Below are positions 1 through 8,659 of a DNA stretch of 15,768 nt, one piece after another; position 1 is the stretch's first letter; each line of letters starts with the position of its first letter. The notes under the pieces are model-generated. The model ran no database searches. It saw only the letters and a program-made list of their open reading frames with translations, and was not told the origin of the DNA. This DNA is from Promethearchaeia archaeon (GTDB lineage: Archaea > Asgardarchaeota > Lokiarchaeia > Sigyniarchaeales > SOKP01), in contig JAHQWL010000091.1 in the NCBI GenBank assembly GCA_029856155.1, forward strand, positions 1-15,768. Reading direction: 5' to 3'. Both the position numbers and the translations under genes were made by a program.

Positions 1-2670
1 TTCATGTACAGTTCAGGGGTGGGTGAGAGCTTTAGAATTCTTAATTCAAGAAAATATTTTATAATTAGAAATTGTACAATAATTAATGCAGATTCTAATT
101 GGGCAGGGGTTTATTTAGGCAATGTCACTAATGGACAATTTCTCAATAATAAAATAATAAATAACGATTACGGTATAGTTACTGATGGCATTAGTAATAC
201 AATCATTTCCAACAATATTATCTCTATTTATACACATTATGGTATTTGGATGTTTGGCGATGATGATAATAATGTCATTACCGGAAATACCATAAATGGA
301 AATGGTGGAAGTTATGGAATAGCTTTAGAGAGTTCTGCTGATAATAATCTAATTTATGATAATCACGTATCTAATCATGCAATTGGCAATGCTTATGATA
401 ATGATGCTAGTGCTAGCAATGATTGGAATAATAGTATTATTGGAAATTACTGGGATGATTATGCAGGATACGATATGGACTTAGATGGAATTGGTGATGA
501 TCCTTATAGTATTACCGGAAGTGCGGGAAATTTCGATTATTTGCCAATATGGAATATTCAAGCTCCAATTGCGATTAATGATCTTCCTAGTAGCTTAAAC
601 AATTGGACTTGGGCAGTGAGTCAAGCTTGGTGTACTGGAACGGGTACTTCCGGAGACCCTTATGTTATAGACTATCTAAAGATTCGTGATGTTAGCACAA
701 ATTGTATTAGTATTCAAAACTCCAATGCTTACTTCGTAATTGATCACTGTGAGTTAAACAACTCTGTTAGTGGCTCAGGGGTATATCTTTCAAATGTTAC
801 AAATGGAAGACTAACTAACAACTATCTCTTTGAGAATTATAATTATGGAATTCATCTAAGTAATAATTGCGATTTCAATATTATCTCCCAAAATTATGCT
901 ATTAAAAACAGAGTGCAGGGAATTAGGTTAGATATTAGTGATAACAATACTATAACTGGGAACACCATGAATAATAATGGAGGAACATCGAATTTTCATG
1001 GGCTCGGTGTTTATAATAGTGATGGAAATTTAATTTCCCACAATACTGCAAATGGCAATTATGCACATGGTATTAGGATAAATAATGGTGAATTCAATTC
1101 TTTAACTGAAAATACTGTAGAAAACAATGGAGATCGAGGAATCAGTATAGATAGTAATAGTCATCATAATACACTATTGGAAAATACAGTATTTAACAAT
1201 ACAAACTATGGAATATATATAGAGACTAGTAATTATAATAGCATATCTGAAAATATAGCATCTAACAATCCATCATCTAATTATTACTTACTAAATTCTG
1301 CGAACAATACTTTATATGGGAACATTGCAGATGAGATATCTGATTATGGTATACTTTTGGAAAATTCTGATTTTAATGATATTTTAGAATGTGAAACATA
1401 CAATAGTGGAACTTGTGGAATACACCTTTATGATTCTCATAATAATACGATAATTGATTGTGTGGCTAATTATAACTTTCGCGGAATTTATGCTTATGAC
1501 TCTTCGGAAAATATCATTTCTGGTAATATTGTAAATAACAATACACAATGGGGATTGGGAGTTTATTTAAGTTATAATAACTCACTTATCGACAATTTTG
1601 CTCAATACAATATAGGGCTGTATGGTGGTATTATGGTAGCTGAAAGTGATTATACATTAGTGGAAAATAACCAAGTTCTTGATAATAATCTTGCAGGAAT
1701 CTACTTTTGGGGGCATGGTGATGATAGTATTGTTAGAGGAAATGTAATTAGAGATAATATTAATGGAATCTATTTAGAGCCTAATAGTGATGACAACCTA
1801 TTTTATGAAAATTTTTTCATTGGAAATGACTATCATGTAGAAGGGCTTGGTATAAATAATGATTGGAACAACACAATCATAGGAAATTACTGGGACAATT
1901 ATACTGGTCCTGATCTAGATCATAATGGTATAGGAGATATCCCTCATGATATTACTTTATCACCTTTACGTCAAGATTTTCTACCTATTGTGGATGATCA
2001 ACCACCTACAGTAACTATTAATTCTCCTAGTGATGGTGATGTATTTGGGACAACTCCTCCCAATTATGATGTAACAATAACAGATGATTATTTATTGGAG
2101 ATGTGGTATACGATGGATGGCGGACTACATAATTATACTTTTACTGGATTAACTGGAGATATTAACCAATCTGTTTGGGATGCTATAGCTGATGGTTCAA
2201 TTACATTAACATTTTATGCAAGTGATAAATCGGGAAATGTAGGATCTGATAATGTTAACATAGAAAAAGATACACAGGGACCAACAATTATTATTACTTC
2301 TCCCACTACGGGTGCCACTTTTGGTGCAAGTGCTCCTAGTTTCATAGTTGAGATTACAGATGAGCATTTAGACGTCATGTGGTATTCTCTTGATGGTGGA
2401 TTAACTAATTTCACTTTTACAGCTAATGGTACTATTGACCAAACAGCATGGGCGGCTTTATTAGAAGGATCAGTTACTATTACTTTCTATGCCAATGATA
2501 CATTAGGAAATATTGTATCTGAAAGTGTAAATGTCGAAAAAGCGATTCAACCTCAAGGTGATAATTTCATTACTATTATAATTGTCATCTCCATAATTTC
2601 AGGGGCTGCGGTTGTGACTGTTGTAATTATTTTAGTTCTTAGAAAACGAAAAGCAGGAGAAGAAGTCTAA
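1..2670 (+). CDS. Large cell-surface right-handed parallel beta-helix (NosD/CASH-like) protein with two C-terminal Ig-like repeats and a TM anchor; probably 5'-truncated by the window edge
   Basis: The frame is open from base 1 with no signal peptide in view. It has many Asn-rich GIxL..SxNNxIxxNxxxNN repeats, a CTGTGTSGDPYVI cap motif, two GNYWDxYxGxDxDxxGIGDxP motifs and two ~92-aa Ig-like units. It ends in a hydrophobic helix followed by RKRK. Confidence 0.85.
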   Translation, partial: FMYSSGVGESFRILNSRKYFIIRNCTIINADSNWAGVYLGNVTNGQFLNNKIINNDYGIVTDGISNTIISNNIISIYTHYGIWMFGDDDNNVITGNTINGNGGSYGIALESSADNNLIYDNHVSNHAIGNAYDNDASASNDWNNSIIGNYWDDYAGYDMDLDGIGDDPYSITGSAGNFDYLPIWNIQAPIAINDLPSSLNNWTWAVSQAWCTGTGTSGDPYVIDYLKIRDVSTNCISIQNSNAYFVIDHCELNNSVSGSGVYLSNVTNGRLTNNYLFENYNYGIHLSNNCDFNIISQNYAIKNRVQGIRLDISDNNTITGNTMNNNGGTSNFHGLGVYNSDGNLISHNTANGNYAHGIRINNGEFNSLTENTVENNGDRGISIDSNSHHNTLLENTVFNNTNYGIYIETSNYNSISENIASNNPSSNYYLLNSANNTLYGNIADEISDYGILLENSDFNDILECETYNSGTCGIHLYDSHNNTIIDCVANYNFRGIYAYDSSENIISGNIVNNNTQWGLGVYLSYNNSLIDNFAQYNIGLYGGIMVAESDYTLVENNQVLDNNLAGIYFWGHGDDSIVRGNVIRDNINGIYLEPNSDDNLFYENFFIGNDYHVEGLGINNDWNNTIIGNYWDNYTGPDLDHNGIGDIPHDITLSPLRQDFLPIVDDQPPTVTINSPSDGDVFGTTPPNYDVTITDDYLLEMWYTMDGGLHNYTFTGLTGDINQSVWDAIADGSITLTFYASDKSGNVGSDNVNIEKDTQGPTIIITSPTTGATFGASAPSFIVEITDEHLDVMWYSLDGGLTNFTFTANGTIDQTAWAALLEGSVTITFYANDTLGNIVSESVNVEKAIQPQGDNFITIIIVISIISGAAVVTVVIILVLRKRKAGEEV
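418..1992 (+). repeat. Internal duplicated module end (418-552 and 1858-1992): NDWNN(S/T)IIGNYWD(D/N)YxGxDxDxxGIGDxP...D(Y/F)LPI
   Basis: Direct comparison of the translation and DNA (aatgattggaataatagtattattggaaattactggga vs aatgattggaacaacacaatcataggaaattactggga). Confidence 0.9.
1993..2541 (+). repeat. Two tandem Ig-like stalk domains (1993-2268, 2269-2541)
   Basis: DDQPPTVTINSP..MWYTMDGGLHNYTFT..GSITLTFYASD aligns with DTQGPTIIITSP..MWYSLDGGLTNFTFT..GSVTITFYAND, with a period of about 276 nt. Confidence 0.9.
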
Positions 2671-2675
2671 ATTAA

Positions 2676-2699
2676 TTTTTTTTTTATTTCTTTTTTTTT
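2676..2699 (+). terminator. Archaeal oligo-T terminator after the beta-helix gene
   Basis: T10-A-TTT-C-T9 begins 5 nt after the stop codon, between convergent genes. Confidence 0.6.
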
Positions 2700-3627
2700 A
2701 CCCAAATCCTAGAAGTATTATTACAACCCAGAGGAGCATAAATGAAATAATTATCGTTAGATTTGTGACCATTCCAGCAAATCTCTCATTATATCCGAAT
2801 TCTACTGCGAAAGGAATAATAGCTAATCCTATAGGAAGAATTAACGCAATAGCCAATATTCCTCTATATAATTGATCAAATGGTAAAAGAAAAAATAACA
2901 TGAGTCCAATTAACAAACCAAATGAATACCTTATGAGTAAAACAATTATAACATTTTTCCACTGCGCTTTTTCAAATTTAAAATTTAGGAAAACTCCTAA
3001 TAATAATAAAGTTAAGGCCATATTTGCCCTTGATAAAATATCTAATAAATCTGATACAAAAAGTGGGAAATCGATATTAATCAAATTCAAGATAAGAGCA
3101 ATGATATAACTCATCAAAGGAGCTGATTTCAATAGCTTTAATAGAATATTTTTTAACAACTCTTTTTTATCTTGGAAATTATTTTTCGGAGAATAGATTA
3201 AACCCAAAACATAGCAAATGACAAAAATTACAATTGCATTTCCAATATCGAACATTGCTATATACTTAAGTCCCTCCTCACTCCATATTCCTTCAATTAA
3301 AGGATATGCAAAATGCCCGACATTGAATCCTATTACAGCCATAAATATTAAACCTTTCATTTCTCTCGGGTAATCTTTAAAGAAGAAAAAGGCTAAACTA
3401 ATAATAGGAATACAATAAAGGAGAGAAATCAGAGTAATTAATCCTAATGAGGGAGTTATTTCAATCGAACTTATTACACTTAAAATTAACGCAGGTAATG
3501 TAACATTAAACACAACTTTTGCTATAGTTTTTCCGTTTTCTTCAGAAATTATATTGAATTTTTTGAGAATATACCCAATTACAATTACTGTTAGAGATAA
3601 TAGAAAAACATAACTGACGTCTGTCAT
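2698..3627 (-). CDS. AEC (auxin efflux carrier / malate permease) family transporter
   Basis: 309 aa with ~10 TM segments. Motifs VIVIGYILKK, VFNVTLPALI, FNVGHFAYPL, FDIGN and LLLLGVFL are typical of AEC/Mem_trans proteins. Confidence 0.88.
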   Translation of the reverse strand: MTDVSYVFLLSLTVIVIGYILKKFNIISEENGKTIAKVVFNVTLPALILSVISSIEITPSLGLITLISLLYCIPIISLAFFFFKDYPREMKGLIFMAVIGFNVGHFAYPLIEGIWSEEGLKYIAMFDIGNAIVIFVICYVLGLIYSPKNNFQDKKELLKNILLKLLKSAPLMSYIIALILNLINIDFPLFVSDLLDILSRANMALTLLLLGVFLNFKFEKAQWKNVIIVLLIRYSFGLLIGLMLFFLLPFDQLYRGILAIALILPIGLAIIPFAVEFGYNERFAGMVTNLTIIISFMLLWVVIILLGFG

Positions 3628-3796
3628 TTTTTCTAAAGAAAGCTCAAGTTTTTTAGTATAAAGTATAATTGAAAAAAAGCTTTCTGATTACACATATTTG
3701 TTGAAAATAAAATTTAATATAAAGAAAAAATCAAATAATATTATTTACAATATACAAGAAAATTATTTATTATTAAAAGAGTGGTAGATTTCGCGT
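3628..3796. promoter_or_regulatory. Divergent promoter region for the AEC and MFS genes
   Basis: TATA-like TTTATTAT lies about 25-30 nt before the MFS ATG, preceded by a purine-rich stretch. TTTATA on the minus strand lies about 30-35 nt before the AEC ATG. A perfect 14-bp palindrome AAATAATATTATTT is at 3733-3746. Confidence 0.4.
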
Positions 3797-5164
3797 ATGG
3801 ATGAGAATTTCAAACAAAAAAGACAAAAAACTTTTCGTTGCTTTTTCCAACTCTACTTTATGATATATTTTTTTACTGGAATTATGCCAGTAAATATTGA
3901 TAATATATTACTCTATCTCCCAAAGACAACAAAATTTGGAGTCGGATTTTTAATAGCATCGACCTTAATCGTAGGAATAATTAGTATTTTATTTTTTGGT
4001 TATTATGAAGATAAAATAGCTGAAAAATATTCAAGAAAAAAGATATTCATTTTAACTAATTTTATATGGATTATTTCATATGGAGTTGCTAGTGTATCCC
4101 CAGATTATTATTATTATTTAGGTTTTCTTACAATAAGCGCTGTAGGGACAGGTGCTTTTTTACCAATAGGATTTTCTATGATAGGAGATTTTTACCCTCC
4201 AAAAGAACGAGGTAAAAAATTTGGGGTGATGAATTTCTCTTTAATTTTAGGAAGTGGTATGGGAATTATTGCTGGAGGGTTATTGGGAAGTTATGTGGCA
4301 GGATCATTCGGTTGGAGAATAACTTATATTTTTGGTTTCATATTGGGAATATGTGCAATATTCCCTTACATATTTAAAGGAATTGAGCCTGAACGTGGTC
4401 GTGCTGAACCGGAGTTTGAAGATTTTAAAGGTGAAATAAATTATAATTATAAAATTACATTTAACAGCATAAAAGAACTTTTTCGTAGAAAGTCAATAGG
4501 TTCTATATTGTTTTATGTGCTCTGTTCAGGATTAGCGACTTCTACGCTTGGAACCTGGGGAATTTTTTATATAACATCAAAAATTGGTGATGCTAATGCA
4601 GAGTTAGCCGCTACTACAATTTATCTTATTGCTGGGGCGGGGGCTCTTCCCGGAACAATAATAGGAGGTAAATTAGGAGATTTATATTTGAGTAAGGGAA
4701 AAATTAGTGGTCGAGCGATTGTCTCTCTCATTGGAGTTATCCTTGGTGTCTTATTTACATTGATTTTCTATTTAACTCCATTTTTCACAGCAAATTCTTT
4801 TCAGATTATCTTTTCATGGATTTTTTTTATAATTTTTGGATTTTTAGGGTATATGTTCTCAACTTTTTCAGTAGGAAATCAGTTCGCTATATATTCAGAG
4901 GTATGTCTTCCCGAGGTAAGAAGTACTGCTAATGCGATGAACGGTTTAATGGTAAATATTGGCGGTATAATTGGCAATCTTTTATTATCATCTTTAATTG
5001 AGAATAATTTATCGTGGTTGCCAATTGCAGTTTCATTAGTTTTATTTGTTTGGTTAGCTGGAACATTTCTCTGGATAATTACATACTTCTATTATCCAAA
5101 GGAATCGAAAAATTGTAGTGATATCTTGCTAGAACGAAGAAAAGAATTAGAAACAAAAATTTAG
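3797..5164 (+). CDS. Major facilitator superfamily transporter
   Basis: 455 aa with ~12 hydrophobic segments. It has motif-A-like FGYYEDKI..KYSRK and GGKLGD, plus IGDFYPPKERG, FGWR and EVRSTANA. Confidence 0.9.
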   Translation: MDENFKQKRQKTFRCFFQLYFMIYFFTGIMPVNIDNILLYLPKTTKFGVGFLIASTLIVGIISILFFGYYEDKIAEKYSRKKIFILTNFIWIISYGVASVSPDYYYYLGFLTISAVGTGAFLPIGFSMIGDFYPPKERGKKFGVMNFSLILGSGMGIIAGGLLGSYVAGSFGWRITYIFGFILGICAIFPYIFKGIEPERGRAEPEFEDFKGEINYNYKITFNSIKELFRRKSIGSILFYVLCSGLATSTLGTWGIFYITSKIGDANAELAATTIYLIAGAGALPGTIIGGKLGDLYLSKGKISGRAIVSLIGVILGVLFTLIFYLTPFFTANSFQIIFSWIFFIIFGFLGYMFSTFSVGNQFAIYSEVCLPEVRSTANAMNGLMVNIGGIIGNLLLSSLIENNLSWLPIAVSLVLFVWLAGTFLWIITYFYYPKESKNCSDILLERRKELETKI

Positions 5165-5191
5165 AATAAATCTTCAAATCTAAATATATTA

Positions 5192-5890
5192 TTATTGCTT
5201 TTTCTTTTTACTATAAAAAGCAAAATCTCCATATATAATAACATCGTGCTCTTCTTTTGTTATTTGGAATATTGTTCGTAAGGTTTCCATCAGTCTTTGG
5301 TAATCCTTTTCCTCTAAAAATACGTGAAGAACAGATTCTTCTAAATTTTTATCCCATAATCTAAAAAAATTAACATGAAATATTTTATCATTTTTTTGGG
5401 GTGATACATAAATTACTTCTATACTTTCTAGATCTACAAAAGCCAAGTCATTTTGTTTTGTTATCTGATCTCTCTTATATTCAGAATCATTAATTTTAGC
5501 CAAATAAAATGATTTTTGAATCCATCTGTTATTAGTTAGAATAAAAAATTCTTCATATCTTCTTAAATTACTGAGTTTTAACTCTAATCTTTTTATAATT
5601 GTTCTATATTCACTATATATCCTAAAAAAGAAATATAAAGGAAAACCTGAAATAAGTAGAATTGTAAATAAAATAACTACACTTAATAGGATATCAAAAT
5701 TTATTGTCGTTGTAAAAAAATAAAATAATACACTAAAAATTGAAACACCTATAGTAAGAATTAAAATATTTAAAGTAAATCTTAATTCTTTTAATTCATT
5801 AGTGTAGTTTTGCTTTTTCCATAAAATAGTTTCTTCACTATTTAAATTAGACTCTATTTCTGCGAAGGACACCATCTTTCCATAAAACAA
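5192..5890 (-). CDS. Hypothetical membrane protein, two TM helices followed by a possible bacterial PH-like domain
   Basis: EETILWK precedes two hydrophobic helices, followed by FILTNNRWI and LESIEVI, the pattern of bPH_2-type proteins. The start may be the ATG at 5875 rather than the TTG at 5890. It lies directly downstream of the enolase-family gene. Confidence 0.6.
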   Translation of the reverse strand: MFYGKMVSFAEIESNLNSEETILWKKQNYTNELKELRFTLNILILTIGVSIFSVLFYFFTTTINFDILLSVVILFTILLISGFPLYFFFRIYSEYRTIIKRLELKLSNLRRYEEFFILTNNRWIQKSFYLAKINDSEYKRDQITKQNDLAFVDLESIEVIYVSPQKNDKIFHVNFFRLWDKNLEESVLHVFLEEKDYQRLMETLRTIFQITKEEHDVIIYGDFAFYSKKKKQ

Positions 5891-5891
5891 T

Positions 5892-6974
5892 TTATTTAAT
5901 TACGTTTTCTTCAAATGTTTTTTTGTTGATCTCTACACCTAATCCGGGTTTTTCTATGGCATGCACATAACCGTTCTCAACTTTTATTGGTTCCTCAAGA
6001 ATTTGAAATTCCTCAGGATAAAATGGATATTCAAGCCAATCACATCGAGTTGAAAGAATTAAATGAAGATTTGCCACAAGAGATAATCCGAATCCAAAAA
6101 TATGGGGTATACATCTTACTCCTTTAACTTCAGCCATTGCATCAATTTTTTTAACCTGCAAAAATCCACCACTACGAGTCACGTCCGGTTGTACAATATC
6201 ATAACACCCTTTCGATAAAATATCTTCAAACCGAAATATTCCCAAATCATTTTCACCACCAGCAATATCCACTGGAGATTCGCTTCTTAACGTTGCTAAT
6301 CCATTAAGATTATCTGAAGGCATTGGTTCTTCCAACCATTCAATATCATTCTTTCCACATACTTTAGCAAATTTTAAAGCTTCGGAAACAGATAAATAGT
6401 ATGAATTTGCGTCAACCATAATATGTAAATTAGGAAAAGCGTCTCTCACTTCTTTCACTATTGCTTCGGGCTTTCCACCTCTACCACCTACCCTTAATTT
6501 TACTCCCGTAAAACCTCCGAGATCAATAGCGGATTGAACAGCTCCAGCAGCAGCTTTAGGTTTATAACCACGAGGCATTGAAGCATAAGCTCTCACTTTT
6601 TTTTTCATTCCCCCCAATAATCGATAAATCGGTTGTTTTGTTTTTTTTCCTATAATATCCCATAGAGCAACTTGTATCCCAGACGTAGCATGAGGTATAC
6701 CATATGTTATTCTGTTGCTACTATGATATATTTGATGATAGATTTCCTCAACCATAAAAGGATCCTTATTAATTAAAATTCGTGATAAAGCTTCATCAAT
6801 AAATATTTTTTGAGCATTATTACTCAGATTAAAATGCGCTAATCCCCAACCATCAATATTTTCGTCTGTTTTGAGATTTATTAATACACCACTGGCTTGT
6901 ATTGGAGGCATTGCCCCGATTTTAAACCTAAAATCAAGTGCTAATACATAAGTGTGAACATCTATAATTTTCAT
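5892..6974 (-). CDS. Mandelate racemase/muconate lactonizing enzyme family protein (enolase superfamily, MR subgroup), probable acid-sugar dehydratase
   Basis: ALWDIIGK..QPIYRLLGG and RAYAS; KxR on strand 2; metal ligands in MVDAN, WLEEP and AGGEN; His-Asp dyad in QPDV and CIPH; C-terminal PGLGVEI. Confidence 0.9.
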   Translation of the reverse strand: MKIIDVHTYVLALDFRFKIGAMPPIQASGVLINLKTDENIDGWGLAHFNLSNNAQKIFIDEALSRILINKDPFMVEEIYHQIYHSSNRITYGIPHATSGIQVALWDIIGKKTKQPIYRLLGGMKKKVRAYASMPRGYKPKAAAGAVQSAIDLGGFTGVKLRVGGRGGKPEAIVKEVRDAFPNLHIMVDANSYYLSVSEALKFAKVCGKNDIEWLEEPMPSDNLNGLATLRSESPVDIAGGENDLGIFRFEDILSKGCYDIVQPDVTRSGGFLQVKKIDAMAEVKGVRCIPHIFGFGLSLVANLHLILSTRCDWLEYPFYPEEFQILEEPIKVENGYVHAIEKPGLGVEINKKTFEENVIK

Positions 6975-7063
6975 TTTTTAATGTTCCCTAAAGTAATTTA
7001 ATAATAGTTTACATTTTTTTATAGATAAATTTTTAGAATAAGATGAATTTTTTTCTCTTGAAA

Positions 7064-7083
7064 AAAGAATAATTATATTCTTT
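7064..7083. promoter_or_regulatory. Inverted repeat overlapping the probable TATA box of the 7099 operon
   Basis: AAAGAATA-atta-TATTCTTT (8-bp arms) contains TTATAT about 21-26 nt upstream of the TTG. The AT-rich context weakens its significance. Confidence 0.3.
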
Positions 7084-7098
7084 AGAAAAATTCTTGGT

Positions 7099-8148
7099 TT
7101 GGTTGGAGTGTCGGATATTTTTAATGGAACAGTGGAAAAAAATCCTCACGAAGATTTATGTGTTGTATATGTCCTTTATTTTGATGAAAAAAAAGGGCAA
7201 ATCCCTCTATTGATGTATCCTGATGATAGATTCAGAAATGATAAGAGATACATGCGACCAATAAATTTCCATCCAGTTTGGTTCTTAGAGACTGAAGAAC
7301 TCGACCATATTGATTTAGAATATAAGGGTTACGCATTTTTTGGTAAAAAATTCAAGACAAAATCACATAGACCAAAAAGAAGAGCAGGGCTTGAAGAAGA
7401 AACTCCAGAGACTATAGTCATAATAGTATCTCTGCCTGTCGAGTTAGAAATTTTTGGTGATGAGCTAATAAAAGAATTAACAGAAAAATTAAGAGATCAG
7501 TTTGAAGATCAGTTGACTGAAGTCATAGAAAGTGGAATTGCTTCTGATGCTGTGATAAAGACACCAAAAATTCAAGAACGTATATCTAAAGGAAATAAAA
7601 TAAAAATTTTTATGAGACAATTAATCGATAAGGAAATTAGGGATTACTTTTCCAGAGTGATTGAAAAAAGATCCGAATCACCATCTCTTAAAGCTCAAAA
7701 AGCAATATCTTATTTCTCCTTAAAAGGATTTGAGTTTTCTCCCCTTAGTAACTTGAGAGGAGAGGGAAATTTTGCCAGCGTAGACCTTTTTGATTCTACA
7801 AAGCAAAAGGATGAAGATATTAGAACAAAATCTCTATTTTCTATAGCCAGTATCAATTTTATCGAAAATAGCCAAGAAATAGAAATTACAGTTCAGAATA
7901 ATTCGGATGAAGAGTTAAAGAATTTATTTATAACTATAACTCATGTAAAAGAATATTTTGAAAAAGAAGTAATGAATCAAGAGGTTGAATTTTGGTTTCC
8001 TCAAGAAGAACTCTTGTTTGTGTCTCCTATAGTTCCTCATATAGATGAATATTTATTTTCCATAAAGAAGGGAGATGGAAGAGGAAATATTGAAAATAAA
8101 TTATCCCAAAGAATTGATTTAAAATTAATTAATAAAATTACAAGTTAA
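7099..8148 (+). CDS. Hypothetical protein: N-terminal longin/uDENN-like domain, helical region and linker, C-terminal Ig-like beta-sandwich
   Basis: N-terminal VVYVLYFDEKKGQIPLLMYP matches the hhhhFDxxxG(P/Q)xxxxxYP hairpin of uDENN/longin domains, followed by strand-strand-strand-helix patterning. C-terminal EIEITVQNNSDEELKNLFITI is beta-sandwich-like. The start is uncertain (TTG 7099 or GTG 7108). The CDS is secure; the fold call is inference. Confidence 0.6.
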   Translation: MVGVSDIFNGTVEKNPHEDLCVVYVLYFDEKKGQIPLLMYPDDRFRNDKRYMRPINFHPVWFLETEELDHIDLEYKGYAFFGKKFKTKSHRPKRRAGLEEETPETIVIIVSLPVELEIFGDELIKELTEKLRDQFEDQLTEVIESGIASDAVIKTPKIQERISKGNKIKIFMRQLIDKEIRDYFSRVIEKRSESPSLKAQKAISYFSLKGFEFSPLSNLRGEGNFASVDLFDSTKQKDEDIRTKSLFSIASINFIENSQEIEITVQNNSDEELKNLFITITHVKEYFEKEVMNQEVEFWFPQEELLFVSPIVPHIDEYLFSIKKGDGRGNIENKLSQRIDLKLINKITS

Positions 8149-8151
8149 AAG

Positions 8152-8640
8152 ATGGAATCTAACATGTCAAAAGTTGAAATTCGTGAAGAGGATGTTGTTA
8201 TCAGAAATTATCGAACTTCAGATTATCAAGCAACCCTAGAAATTTTAAAAGAACTCCATAAATTATATGATATTGGCTTAAGAGAAGAACAATGGAGAGA
8301 ATCATCCGGGTTAAGACAATTTAAACCCAATCTTAAACGAATAACTTTAATTGCAGAGTTCAAACCTACAGGGGAAGTTGTAAGTATGGGAATAATTGAA
8401 GGCGTGAAAAATACGTTAGGTCAATATATTGGTTATTTAGATAATTGGGCTACGAAAAAAGGCTTTATTGGAAAACATGTAGGTAAAATCTTAGCAGATA
8501 AAGCTATTCAAATCCTTCAATCATGGGGTTGTGAATCAGTCAGAATTAATCTACCCTATGAAGCAGATAAAAAATTACTGAATGTCTTTGCTAGAGTAGG
8601 TTTTCAGCCAATTATAACTGTGCTTGAAAAACGGTTTTAA
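8152..8640 (+). CDS. Divergent GNAT-family N-acetyltransferase
   Basis: VVIRNYRTSDYQATLEIL start, ITLIAE..GEVVSMG, YLDNWATKKGFIGKHVGKIL (motif A-like), WGCESVRI and FARVGF. It begins 3 nt after the upstream stop. Confidence 0.85.
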   Translation: MESNMSKVEIREEDVVIRNYRTSDYQATLEILKELHKLYDIGLREEQWRESSGLRQFKPNLKRITLIAEFKPTGEVVSMGIIEGVKNTLGQYIGYLDNWATKKGFIGKHVGKILADKAIQILQSWGCESVRINLPYEADKKLLNVFARVGFQPIITVLEKRF

Positions 8641-8659
8641 ACTAGTTGATAATGATTAT

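Noticed and set aside
2214-2414. 66-aa minus-strand ORF
   Set aside because: Antisense shadow within the well-supported beta-helix/Ig gene, with no recognisable motif.
2900-3109. 69-aa plus-strand ORF
   Set aside because: Antisense to the AEC transporter; its Lys/Asn-rich composition is what the reverse of hydrophobic codons gives.
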